A DNA stretch of 64,000 bases from Dehalococcoidia bacterium (lineage in GTDB: Bacteria > Chloroflexota > Dehalococcoidia > UBA2979), in assembly GCA_965219085.1 (NCBI GenBank), contig OZ244720.1, positions 1,568,001-1,632,000 on the forward strand. The letters run 5' to 3'. Under the pieces are notes generated by a model. That model searched no databases. It worked only from the letters and a program-made list of their open reading frames with translations, and was not told the DNA's origin. The stretch's first letter is position 1. Every line of letters starts with the position of its first letter. This document shows, one piece after another, positions 20,569 through 29,294 of the stretch. Both the position numbers and the translations under genes were made by a program.

Positions 20569-21756
20569 ATGGCCTGGACACGCAACCGCCCGAGCGGGCT
20601 CGTCTACCGCGACCCCGGGCAGTCCCACGACGGCTACACGCTGTTCTCGAACGTCGAGGGCTACCACGCCACGCTGCTCGACCCGGAGGGCCGCATCGCG
20701 CATCGCTGGGTGCACGACGAGGGCGTGCAGTACGCAAAGCTGCTCCCCAGCGGGCACGTGCTGTTCCACACGGCCAACCCGGTCCACTTCATGGAGGCGG
20801 AGGAGACGAGCCCGGTCGGCGTCATCGGCGGCGCGGCACACGCGCTCATCGAGCTCGACTGGGACGGAAACACGGTCTGGGAGTACCGCAACGAGCAGCA
20901 GCACCACGACTTCGTGCGGCTCGACAACGGCAACACCGTGATCCTGCACTGGGAGGTGCTGCCCGACGAGGTGCGTCGCCAGGTGCAGGGCGGCTTCCAC
21001 GGCCCCAACGACCCCGACGTGATGGTCGGCGACCTCGTGCGCGAGATCACGCCGGATGGCGAGACGGTCCGGGAGTGGCGCTCCTGGGAGCACTTCAACT
21101 ACCGGCTCGACGTGCTCTGCCCGCTCGAGCGGCGCCGGGAGTGGACGCACGCCAACTCGGTCTCCGTCGCCCCCGACGGCCGCTGGCTGGTCAGCCTGCG
21201 CCAGACGGACACGGTCGTGATCGTCGATCCGGATAGCGGAGAGATCGAGTGGAGGTGGGGACCAGGCGTGACCTCGCACCAGCACCACTTCACGATGCTG
21301 CCGAGCGGCAACGTGTTGCTGTTCGACAACGGCATCCACCGCCGAGGCGGCCCCGGCCACTCGCGCATCCTCGAGGTGGACCCGGCCACGGAGGAGATCG
21401 TCTGGCAGTACCAGGCGGAGGTGATGCTGGCCTTCATCAGCTTCATGACGAGCGGCGCGGAGCGGCAGCCGAATGGCAACACGCTCATCACGGAGGGCGC
21501 CACCGGCCGCATCTTCGAGGTGACGACCGAGGGCGAGACCGTGTGGGAGTACGTGACCGGCTTCATGCCGGCGGGCCGTTTCGGCAAGACCCCCTCGATG
21601 TTCCGCGCGCACCGCTACGCCGCGGACGGCCCCGAGCTGGCCGGTCGGGACCTGGATCCGGCGCGGTGGGTGGAGGAGACGAAGAAGCTGAACAGCGGCG
21701 AGGAGCCGTACGGAGTGCAGAGCGCCTGGGAGCGGGACACGTCGGTCGCATCCTAG
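20569..21756 (+). CDS. Aryl-sulfate sulfotransferase (ASST)-like beta-propeller protein
   Basis: GYTLF, ELDWDGN.VWEY...QHHDF, WTHANSV, QHH...LLFDNG, SGAERQPNGNTLITEG..GRIFEVT; RBS AAGGAG. Confidence 0.8.
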   Translation: MAWTRNRPSGLVYRDPGQSHDGYTLFSNVEGYHATLLDPEGRIAHRWVHDEGVQYAKLLPSGHVLFHTANPVHFMEAEETSPVGVIGGAAHALIELDWDGNTVWEYRNEQQHHDFVRLDNGNTVILHWEVLPDEVRRQVQGGFHGPNDPDVMVGDLVREITPDGETVREWRSWEHFNYRLDVLCPLERRREWTHANSVSVAPDGRWLVSLRQTDTVVIVDPDSGEIEWRWGPGVTSHQHHFTMLPSGNVLLFDNGIHRRGGPGHSRILEVDPATEEIVWQYQAEVMLAFISFMTSGAERQPNGNTLITEGATGRIFEVTTEGETVWEYVTGFMPAGRFGKTPSMFRAHRYAADGPELAGRDLDPARWVEETKKLNSGEEPYGVQSAWERDTSVAS

Positions 21757-21802
21757 AGCCGGGGCATCAGAGGGGCGGCGACGCTCTGCGCGCGGAGAGC
21801 AG

Positions 21803-21973
21803 CTACGTCCAGAGCCGCATAGCGGCGAGGATGATGCCGGTCGCGGTCGCGAGCCCGACGGTCATCGCGACGTAGAGGCGCACCGCGAGCCGTTCGAGAT
21901 CAGCCTTGGTGGCCAGATGCTCGATGATGCCCTCGATGCGGGCGACGCGTTCGCCGAGCGTGTCCGTCGTCAT
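21803..21973 (-). CDS. Small coiled-coil plus TM protein (DUF1640/CCDC90-like)
   Basis: MTTDTLGERVARIEGIIEHLATKADLERLAVRLYVAMTVGLATATGIILAAMRLWT; LATKADL motif followed by a C-terminal TM helix; below the ORF-track size cutoff. Confidence 0.6.
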   Translation of the reverse strand: MTTDTLGERVARIEGIIEHLATKADLERLAVRLYVAMTVGLATATGIILAAMRLWT

Positions 21974-22093
21974 GGCATCCCCGGTATCCCGGCGGTGGGG
22001 GTCCAGCCTAACACCGCGACTGACAAGTGTGCGTCAGTCGGGAGCATTATCCGGAATTCAATATCAGGCGCCTGCGTGGTGACTCGCGCCCGC

Positions 22094-22218
22094 CTACAAC
22101 ACGCCGAGGTAGCGCTCCAGCTCGAACTCCGAGACGTGGGTGCGGTACTCGTCCCACTCGTGGCGCTTGTTCGCCACCAGTGACTCACACACGTGCTCGC
22201 CGAGGGCGTCACGCAGCA
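22094..22218 (-). repeat. Orphan copy of the last 125 bp of glnA (direct repeat of 23483-23607)
   Basis: Manual alignment gives 7 mismatches in 125 nt, stop codon included; 6 of the 7 are synonymous. Confidence 0.95.
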
Positions 22219-22286
22219 ACCCAGCAGGGGGTAAGTGTGGATAACTCTTACCCGTCTCCCGGATTACGCTGCTAAACTGTACCTTC

Positions 22287-23360
22287 GTGACAGTTCAACG
22301 TGGCCAAGGCGACCCGGACGGTCGTCGCATTGCGCGGCGCAAGAACCTCCAACTCTCTGAGGCGGGACGTTTGGGCCGTGCGTTCGCCGCACTGCTCCGG
22401 CGGGCAGATTTTCAAGCGCCAGATCTCGATGACTTGCTCAAGGCCATTGCGTTAGAGGAGAGGCGCGAGTTGATGCGCCGTGAAGGGCGGGTCGAGTCGC
22501 GGCAGCGCTTCAAGTACAAGAGCGGACAGCCGCTGGGCGAATCACGAACGCCTGACTACCTGTTCCTTGATGAATCTGGCCGATCGGATCCGCGGTTCCC
22601 AAGTGCCTACTTCGTCATCGGCGGTGTCGCAATGGCGGAGCAGGACATATCTGCGTACCAAGAGCATGCCGACGCACTCAAGATGGATTTCTTCGGTCAG
22701 TCGGATATGACGTTCCACGAGCCACAGATGCGGAACCACGAAGGCTGGTTCGGGCTGGGTGGTCGCGAAGAGCGCCAGCGTGAGCTATGCGAGGCTCTGG
22801 ACGAACTCGTCGCCAAGAGTTCGTGCACAGTGTTCGGTGTGGCTGTTCGCAAGGACGTCTTCAGAGAGTTCATCGGCTCACGGGAAGACCCTTACTTACC
22901 CCCGGACCCGTACTCGGTAGCCATACAGATGCTCCTCGAGCGCTACGTCGACTACCTAGCCGCGCGTGGAGACGACCCGTTCGGACGGGTGACCTTCGAG
23001 AGCATTGGCCCCCGGGAGGACGCGGAGCACCATCGCGACTATGTTGATCTCCTGTTGCAAGGCACGCAGTGGGTTCCTGAGTCGGCTTTCAGGAACTGGC
23101 TGGGTACGGGCTGCGTCTTCATGGGGAAGAAGAGCAACCACCCCATGGAACTGGCCGACATGTTCTCGCGAGACCTCTTCGAGTGGGTGCGTGGCGGCTG
23201 CGGCGAGATTCTACCTCGACGTTGGGATACTTGGGAGCCGAAGATATACGCACGTGATGATGCCCAAATGGGGAAGTTCGGTATCAAGGTGTTCCCGGAT
23301 AGCGACATCCGCGACCGCATCGAAGATCATCGCAGACGGGTGCTTGAGGGGGGAAACTAG
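22287..23360 (+). CDS. DUF3800 domain protein (RNase H-like fold)
   Basis: YLFLDESG N-terminal acidic motif, YFVIGGV, FHE and C-terminal ELADM (QxAD-like); visibly lower GC than the flanks. Confidence 0.8.
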   Translation: MTVQRGQGDPDGRRIARRKNLQLSEAGRLGRAFAALLRRADFQAPDLDDLLKAIALEERRELMRREGRVESRQRFKYKSGQPLGESRTPDYLFLDESGRSDPRFPSAYFVIGGVAMAEQDISAYQEHADALKMDFFGQSDMTFHEPQMRNHEGWFGLGGREERQRELCEALDELVAKSSCTVFGVAVRKDVFREFIGSREDPYLPPDPYSVAIQMLLERYVDYLAARGDDPFGRVTFESIGPREDAEHHRDYVDLLLQGTQWVPESAFRNWLGTGCVFMGKKSNHPMELADMFSRDLFEWVRGGCGEILPRRWDTWEPKIYARDDAQMGKFGIKVFPDSDIRDRIEDHRRRVLEGGN

Positions 23361-23414
23361 AAGCGCCGAGCCCCAAGGGGGCGCGGCGCCGATAACGGAA
23401 TTCCGCTATCCACT
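23361..23414 (+). ncRNA. Candidate DUF3800-associated structured RNA (two hairpins)
   Basis: GCGCCG-A-GCCCC-AAG-GGGGC-G-CGGCGC then GATA-A-CGG-AATT-CCG-C-TATC immediately after the DUF3800 stop; no plus-strand U tract. Confidence 0.5.
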
Positions 23415-23482
23415 GCGAACAATGTATCGCATTTTGTGATCACTCTCAACGGTGACATGCCCATTCGCGGTCTTCCGGCGCG

Positions 23483-24829
23483 CTACAGCACGCCCAGGTA
23501 GCGCTCCAACTCGAACTCGGAGACGTGGGTGCGGTACTCGTCCCACTCGTGGCGCTTGTTCGCCACCAGCGACTCGCACACGTGCGCGCCGAGGGCGTCA
23601 CGCAGCAGCGCCGAGTCGTCGAAGGCCGCGATCGCCTCGCCGAGCGAGCTCGGCAGCGGCGTGATCGCGCGCCGCTCCACCTCGTCGGCTTCGAGGTCGC
23701 GGACGTCGCGGTCGAGCGCCCCCGGCAGCGCCGCCTCGCGCTCGATGCCGTCGAGGCCGGCCGAGAGCAGCGCGGCGAACGCCAGGTACGGGTTGCAGGC
23801 CGGGTCCGGCACGCGGTACTCGATGCGCGTCGCGCCGGGGTCGCCCGGCTTGTAGCTCGGCACGCGCAGCAGGTCGGCGTGGTTCGTCGTGGACCACGTG
23901 GCGTGGGTCGGCGCCTCGAAGCCCGGCACGAGCCGGCGGTACGAGTTCACCCACTGGTTGGTGACGAGCATCGTCTCCGACGCGTGGTCCAGCAGGCCCG
24001 CCATGAAGTGGCGCGCGAGGGGGCTCAGCCCCAGCGCGTCGTCCGGGTCGGCGAAGGCGTTGTCCTCGCCTCGGAAGAGCGAGAGCTGGAGATGCATACC
24101 GGAGCCGTTCACCTCGCGCAGCGGCTTCGGCATGAACGTCGCGTACGCCCCGTGGCGCATCGCGACCTCTTTCACGACGAGGCGATACGTCATGATCGCG
24201 TCGGCCATCGTCAGCGCGTCGGTGTAGCGCAGGTCGATCTCGTGCTGGCTCGGGGCCGCCTCGTGGTGGCTGAGCGCCACGCCGATGCCCATGCTCTCCA
24301 GCATCAGCACCGTCTCGCGCCGCAGGTCGCTGCCTGAGTCGAGCGGGGTGAGGTCGAAGTACCCGCCGCGGTCGAGGGGCTCCGTTCCGGTCGCGTCGCG
24401 GAAGTAGAAGAACTCGATCTCCGGCGAGACGTAGAACGTCAGCCCCTGCTGAGCCGCGCGTTCGACGGTGCGCTGTAGCACCCAGCGCGGATCGCCCTCG
24501 AACGGTTCGCCGCCTGGCCTGCGGATGTCGCAGAGCATGCGCGCCACCGCGCGCTCGCGCGGCCGCCACGGCAGCAACTGGAACGTCGAAGGGTCGGGGA
24601 CGGCGACCATGTCGGCCTCGTCGACGCGCGCGAAGCCCTCGATCGAGGCGCCGTCGAACGTCACGCCGTCGTCGAGGGCGTGCTCAAGCTCCTCGATGGT
24701 GATGGCGACGGACTTGAGCATCCCGAGGATGTCCGTGAACCACAGGCGGATGAACTTCACGTCCTGGTCGTAGCACGCCTGGATCACGTGCTGCCGCTCG
24801 TCGTAGTCGGACCGCGGTGGACTCGTCAT
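23483..24829 (-). CDS. glnA: Glutamine synthetase type I-alpha (GlnA2-like)
   Basis: FIRLWFTDILG.LKS, FDGASIEGF, HHEAAPSQHEIDL, ATFMPKP...NGSGMH, RIEYRVPDPACNPYL; lacks the NLYDLP adenylylation loop. Confidence 0.9.
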   Translation of the reverse strand: MTSPPRSDYDERQHVIQACYDQDVKFIRLWFTDILGMLKSVAITIEELEHALDDGVTFDGASIEGFARVDEADMVAVPDPSTFQLLPWRPRERAVARMLCDIRRPGGEPFEGDPRWVLQRTVERAAQQGLTFYVSPEIEFFYFRDATGTEPLDRGGYFDLTPLDSGSDLRRETVLMLESMGIGVALSHHEAAPSQHEIDLRYTDALTMADAIMTYRLVVKEVAMRHGAYATFMPKPLREVNGSGMHLQLSLFRGEDNAFADPDDALGLSPLARHFMAGLLDHASETMLVTNQWVNSYRRLVPGFEAPTHATWSTTNHADLLRVPSYKPGDPGATRIEYRVPDPACNPYLAFAALLSAGLDGIEREAALPGALDRDVRDLEADEVERRAITPLPSSLGEAIAAFDDSALLRDALGAHVCESLVANKRHEWDEYRTHVSEFELERYLGVL

Positions 24830-24838
24830 CGTGCGACG

Positions 24839-24870
24839 ATCGTAGGCGGCGGACGTTTCACCGATGTTTC
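24839..24870 (-). promoter_or_regulatory. GlnR-type box pair and -10 element of the second glnA
   Basis: Minus strand reads GAAAC-N6-GAAAC (24870-24855) then TACGAT (24844-24839). Confidence 0.6.
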
Positions 24871-24905
24871 TCGCAGGCATCGTCCTGGCGTCGGCGGCGA
24901 GTGGC

Positions 24906-26018
24906 TCACTCGTCGCTAAGCTCCCGGAGTGCGGCGCGGATGCGCTCGGCCTCGTCGGCTGTGGCGGGGCGCGGGCGGTTCTCGTCGGGGTCGATGTACG
25001 CCGGACGGAAGTCGATGCTCGGTGGGGCATCCTCGCGCAGCTCGACCACGGCGACGACGCTCGCGAACGGCCCCTCGCCGAGCGTCGCGAGGTCGTCGCG
25101 GTCGAGGTCGAAGACGAAGTTGCCGAGGCCGTAGAGGATCAGCGCGTCGCCTCGGCGCTCCCACGGCTGGAGCGTGTGCCCGTGGTGTCCGGCCACGAGG
25201 GTGGCCCCGGCATCCGCGGCGGCGCGGGCGAGCAGGCGCTGCTCTTCGGTGGGGTCGGGGTCGTACTCCGTGCCGAAGTGGAAGACCACGACGACGAAGT
25301 CGGCCTCGACGGTGGCGGCCTGCACCGCGGCGATCACCTCCTCGTGGCCCGCCTCGGCGACACCGGAGCGCGACTCGCCGGCGAAGACCGAGGAGCGCAC
25401 CGCGCTGAACCCGAGCAGTGCGAGGCGGAATCCGCTCGCCTCGAGCATGAGCGGCCGCGCCGCCTCGGTGGCGTCGCCGCCCGCTCCGAAGTGCGCCACC
25501 CCGAGCGCGTCGAGGGCCTCGCGCGTGTCGATGAGGCCGACCGGCCCGAAGTCGAGCGCGTGGTTGTTGGCAAGCGAGACGGCGTCGAAGCCGGCCTCGC
25601 GCAGCGTCGGCGCGAGCGAGGGCGGCGCACGGAACGTGTAGTACTTGTTCGCGCGCACGCCGCGGTCGGTGAAGGCGCCCTCGAGGTTGCCGATCAGCAC
25701 GTCCACGCCCCTGAACAGCCGGGTCACGCGCTCGAACGGGTAGCCGGGGCCGTGCTCCTGCATGAGCGTGACCACGTCACGCGCAAACATCAGGTCGCCG
25801 ACGAGGCCGATCGTCACTGTGGGCGGCCCGGGCGTCGCGGTCGGTGCGAGCGTGGCAGGCGCGGCGGTCGGTGTCAGGGCCGATGCGGCAACGGTCGGTG
25901 CTGCGGGATCCGCGGGCGTCGGGGTCATGAGCCCGGGCCCGCGCACCGGCTCCCTCGCCGCGCAGGCCATGAGCAGCGCGATGAGCGCCGACGCCATCGC
26001 GGCGCGGAGGGCGGGCAT
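24906..26018 (-). CDS. CapA/PGA_cap family metallophosphatase-like lipoprotein
   Basis: LMAC lipobox, Pro/Thr linker, VGDLM, GNLE, SLANNHALDFG, HFGTEY, GHHGH, YGLGNFVFD. Confidence 0.88.
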   Translation of the reverse strand: MPALRAAMASALIALLMACAAREPVRGPGLMTPTPADPAAPTVAASALTPTAAPATLAPTATPGPPTVTIGLVGDLMFARDVVTLMQEHGPGYPFERVTRLFRGVDVLIGNLEGAFTDRGVRANKYYTFRAPPSLAPTLREAGFDAVSLANNHALDFGPVGLIDTREALDALGVAHFGAGGDATEAARPLMLEASGFRLALLGFSAVRSSVFAGESRSGVAEAGHEEVIAAVQAATVEADFVVVVFHFGTEYDPDPTEEQRLLARAAADAGATLVAGHHGHTLQPWERRGDALILYGLGNFVFDLDRDDLATLGEGPFASVVAVVELREDAPPSIDFRPAYIDPDENRPRPATADEAERIRAALRELSDE

Positions 26019-26032
26019 GCGACTGCGCGCGG

Positions 26033-27529
26033 CTACGGCCCGCAGCCGCTGATGATCAGCGGCTCGCGCCAGAGGCGGCCGAACCTGAATGTACCCTCGA
26101 ACGCGGCGTTCGCGGCAGCGTCGGCCGAGGGGTCGAGCGTCACGAATGCACCCTCCCACTCGTGCCGCCCGTTGGCGACGGCGATCGCGCCGGGGGCGCA
26201 CTCCGTCTCCAACGCGTGGCGGAGCCGCTCGACGCCGCCGGTGTAGATGGTGAGCGTCTCGGTGCTGCTTCGCACGGAGGGTTCGAGGTACGTCGGGTGC
26301 CCGCAGTAGTCCACGCGCAGCGGAGCCACGTCGAGTCCCTCCGGGAACGCCGCCTCGAAGTCGGCGTTGTGCGGGCTCGCGATCCCGTTCGGCGCGACCG
26401 CGTAGGAAACCCATCGCGTCTCGCCGTCCTCGATCACCGATCCGTAGACGATGACGCCGCCCGGGCACTGCGCGCCCAGGATGCCCCGGAAGTCCTCGTG
26501 TGAGCCGCTGAAGGTGATCAGACCGGGCCGGATGCCCGCCCACTGGGACCAGGCGCCTTCGCCGAGACCGTTCCAGGAGCGGACGCGGAACGTGCGAGCC
26601 GGAGCGTGGAATACGGTCTCAATGGCCGTCTGGGTCTTGCCGCCCACCCACGCGATCTCGGACCAGTAGTCGTAGCCGATGAGGTGGTCGATGGCGTGTC
26701 GGCGTTCGACCTGGTGGGCGAAGATGTCGCTGCCGCCGGCGTCGGGGGCGACCCACCGCAGGCGCACCTCCCGCGGGCCGATCCCGATGATGGTGAGCGA
26801 CGGCGGGCGTGCGGGCACGGTGACGTCGTCACGGGCGAGCACGGGCTCCGACCACTCGCTGGCGCCCGCACCGTTCCAGGATCGGATCCGGTACGCGCGC
26901 CCGGGCTCCTCGAACGGGTTGTCGATCGTGAACGCAAAGCGCGAGTCGCCTTCGGGCCACTCGGTGAACGCCCAGAAGCCGACGACGATGCGGTGATCGG
27001 AGCCGAAGAGCCGCTCGAGCTCGTAGCGAATCACGGGGCTGCCGTTCTCGACGGGCGTGCTCCACTCAATCGTGATCGACTCGGCGCTCACGGCGGTGAC
27101 GGCGAGGTCCGTGATTGCAGCGGGCGCGGCGGCGGGGGTGCCGTGCGCGGGCTCGGACCACTCGCCGGCGCCCGCCGCGCTGACTGCGCGTACGCGGTAC
27201 CAGTAGCGCTGACCCTGGGTCAGTGGGCGGTCGCGAAGCGCCGCGAACCCGGGATGGGACGTGAGGTCTGTCCACTGCTCACCGTCGTCGCTGCGCTGGA
27301 TGTCGTAGCCGGTGACCGGTTCGCCGTTGTCGGCCGGTACGGACCAGCGCAGCACGAGCGAGCCCCCGCTGCCGATCCGGACGGCGAGGGCCTCCACCCG
27401 GTCGGGCGGTGTGGCCACGTTGGAGCTGACTGCGGCCTCCCCTTCGGCCGCCGCCGGAGCCACCGCGACCGCAAGCCACCCGAGCGCAGCGAGGGCGACC
27501 GACGCGGCGAGGACAAACGCGCGGCTCAC
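26033..27529 (-). CDS. Secreted fibronectin type III repeat protein with duplicated C-terminal domain
   Basis: Signal peptide; three Fn3 repeats (W..P..NG..I..Y...YRVRA.N..G...WS); two ~75-aa Cys-bounded C-terminal repeats. Confidence 0.85.
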   Translation of the reverse strand: MSRAFVLAASVALAALGWLAVAVAPAAAEGEAAVSSNVATPPDRVEALAVRIGSGGSLVLRWSVPADNGEPVTGYDIQRSDDGEQWTDLTSHPGFAALRDRPLTQGQRYWYRVRAVSAAGAGEWSEPAHGTPAAAPAAITDLAVTAVSAESITIEWSTPVENGSPVIRYELERLFGSDHRIVVGFWAFTEWPEGDSRFAFTIDNPFEEPGRAYRIRSWNGAGASEWSEPVLARDDVTVPARPPSLTIIGIGPREVRLRWVAPDAGGSDIFAHQVERRHAIDHLIGYDYWSEIAWVGGKTQTAIETVFHAPARTFRVRSWNGLGEGAWSQWAGIRPGLITFSGSHEDFRGILGAQCPGGVIVYGSVIEDGETRWVSYAVAPNGIASPHNADFEAAFPEGLDVAPLRVDYCGHPTYLEPSVRSSTETLTIYTGGVERLRHALETECAPGAIAVANGRHEWEGAFVTLDPSADAAANAAFEGTFRFGRLWREPLIISGCGP

Positions 27530-27646
27530 GCTGCCCGGCTCACGCAGCGCTCACGATCAGTTGCCCCGCGCCTGAGATGGTCACGGCCGTCACACTAACA
27601 CTACGGCGGGGCGGGCACGTCGGATGTACCCTCGAACGGGAGCATC

Positions 27647-28390
27647 ATGACGGCCGAGTCCAGGCGAACAGCCCAACACCGCTCGCCCCTGCTCATCGCG
27701 CATCGCACGGCGATGGGCCTGCGGCCCGAGAACACCATCGTTGGCATCGAGGCGGCCATCGCCTCGGGCGTCGACGGCGTCGAGATCGACGTGCGCGCCA
27801 CGCGCGACGGTGTGCTGGTGCTCATGCACGACGCCTCGCTTGCCCGCACCACGGGCGACCCGCGGGAGGTCGAGGAGGTCACGCTGGACGGGCTGCGCGC
27901 GCTGCGCGTCCTCGACCCGCACGGCGACGTCGGCCCCCAGCCCGTCCCGACGTTCGCCGAGGCGCTGCAGGCGACGGCCGCCACGCACCTCGTGATCGAG
28001 GTGAAGCAGACGGGCATCGAGGACCTGGTCGCGAAGGGCGTCCGCGACGGCGACGCCCTCGGACGCTGCTCGCTGTGCGCGTTCGACGCCGGGGTGTGCG
28101 CGGCGTCGGCCGAGGTGATGCCCGATGTGCCCGTCTCGCTCCTCGCCGCGCCGAACCGCGATGCCGCCGAGGTGCTCGCGCAGGCCGCCGAGCTCGGCCT
28201 CGCGGGCGTGAGCCTGCACTACTCGATGGTGGATGAGCAGCTCGTGCGTGACGCGCACGACGTCGGCCTGAGCGTGGCGACGTGGACCGTCAACACCGAC
28301 GCCGAGGCGCGCCGCCTGCACGCGGCGGGCGTGGCTCTGATCTGCGGGGACTACCCGGCGAGCCTGGTCGAGGTGGTGCGCGGCGCGTGA
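27647..28390 (+). CDS. Glycerophosphodiester phosphodiesterase
   Basis: IAHR...PENT...VEIDV..TRDG.LV.MHD..L.RTT; WTVN; C-terminal GDYP. Confidence 0.9.
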   Translation: MTAESRRTAQHRSPLLIAHRTAMGLRPENTIVGIEAAIASGVDGVEIDVRATRDGVLVLMHDASLARTTGDPREVEEVTLDGLRALRVLDPHGDVGPQPVPTFAEALQATAATHLVIEVKQTGIEDLVAKGVRDGDALGRCSLCAFDAGVCAASAEVMPDVPVSLLAAPNRDAAEVLAQAAELGLAGVSLHYSMVDEQLVRDAHDVGLSVATWTVNTDAEARRLHAAGVALICGDYPASLVEVVRGA

Positions 28391-28513
28391 CGCCGCGGCG
28401 TCAGCCGTGACACTAACGTCTGACGAACGGAGTCGGCGATGACCGAACGGGCTGGAGGTCTGGACGAGCGCGCCGCTGATGCACGGTCTGACGAGCCCGC
28501 GGGGTAACGCGAG

Positions 28514-29200
28514 GTGCACGATCCATCCCAGTTCCGTGACGACCTCGCGAAGCTTCCCATGGCTGTGCTTGTGGTTGCGGTTACGGGCACGCTCGGCTTC
28601 TTTGCGGTGATGCTCACGTTTGGCGGCATCGCGGACGCACTCGCGCTCAACGGCCAGCACCCGAGGCGTGAGGGTATCGAGCTTGTACTGTTTCCGCTCG
28701 GGGTAGTAGCGACGAGCCTCCTGATGCGCAGGTTGGGACGCGACATACCCGTCGCGCGCCGCCCGTGGGTGGGGCCGCTGCTGCCGCTGTTGGCGGCGCC
28801 GGTAGTACCGGGGATCGCCTTGCACCTCTGGTCAACCTGGGAGGCGCAACGCCTGGAGGCGGCGATCGGGCCGGAACGGTTGCTGGGGGCCGCGATGATC
28901 GCGGCCGCCGCAGTCGCGGGAACGCTGTTCTTCCCCCGGATCGCGGCCGCGATCGCGGGAGCCATCGCCGTTCCGATCCTGTTCGGCTTGCTCGTACTCC
29001 CAATCCCCACGAGCGCGCTCGTCGACAACAACGGGGTGGGTTTCACCTACCTCGCGCTCTGGTTCGGGGGCCCGTTGGCGCTGGTCTACGCGTCGTGGCG
29101 AATGGGGGGGCGTCCGTTGAGCCACGCTATGCGGGTCGGGGCGATCACGCTCTTCCTCGGCATCTTCGGTTACGGGTGGGCGCACGGCTCAGGAGGTTGA
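28514..29200 (+). CDS. Multi-pass membrane protein (possibly N-terminally truncated)
   Basis: About 7 hydrophobic segments; an in-frame upstream ATG at 28439 is separated by a TAA at 28505-28507. Confidence 0.55.
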   Translation: MHDPSQFRDDLAKLPMAVLVVAVTGTLGFFAVMLTFGGIADALALNGQHPRREGIELVLFPLGVVATSLLMRRLGRDIPVARRPWVGPLLPLLAAPVVPGIALHLWSTWEAQRLEAAIGPERLLGAAMIAAAAVAGTLFFPRIAAAIAGAIAVPILFGLLVLPIPTSALVDNNGVGFTYLALWFGGPLALVYASWRMGGRPLSHAMRVGAITLFLGIFGYGWAHGSGG

Positions 29201-29294
29201 GTGTGCCCCACCGATGCTGTGCTGCGCTTCATATGCCTGACGTGCCAGGACACGCGCCTTACGGGTGACCGTGTCGCCCCGGGGTGCTGCGCCG

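Noticed and set aside
22236-22244. DnaA box as evidence for oriC
   Set aside because: Single box with no cluster, DUE or dnaA/dnaN context.
27586-28417. GCCGT(C/G)ACACTAAC repeated on both sides of the GDPD gene (27586-27599, 28404-28417)
   Set aside because: Only 13/14 nt with no associated mobility gene; could be chance or promoter-like sequence.
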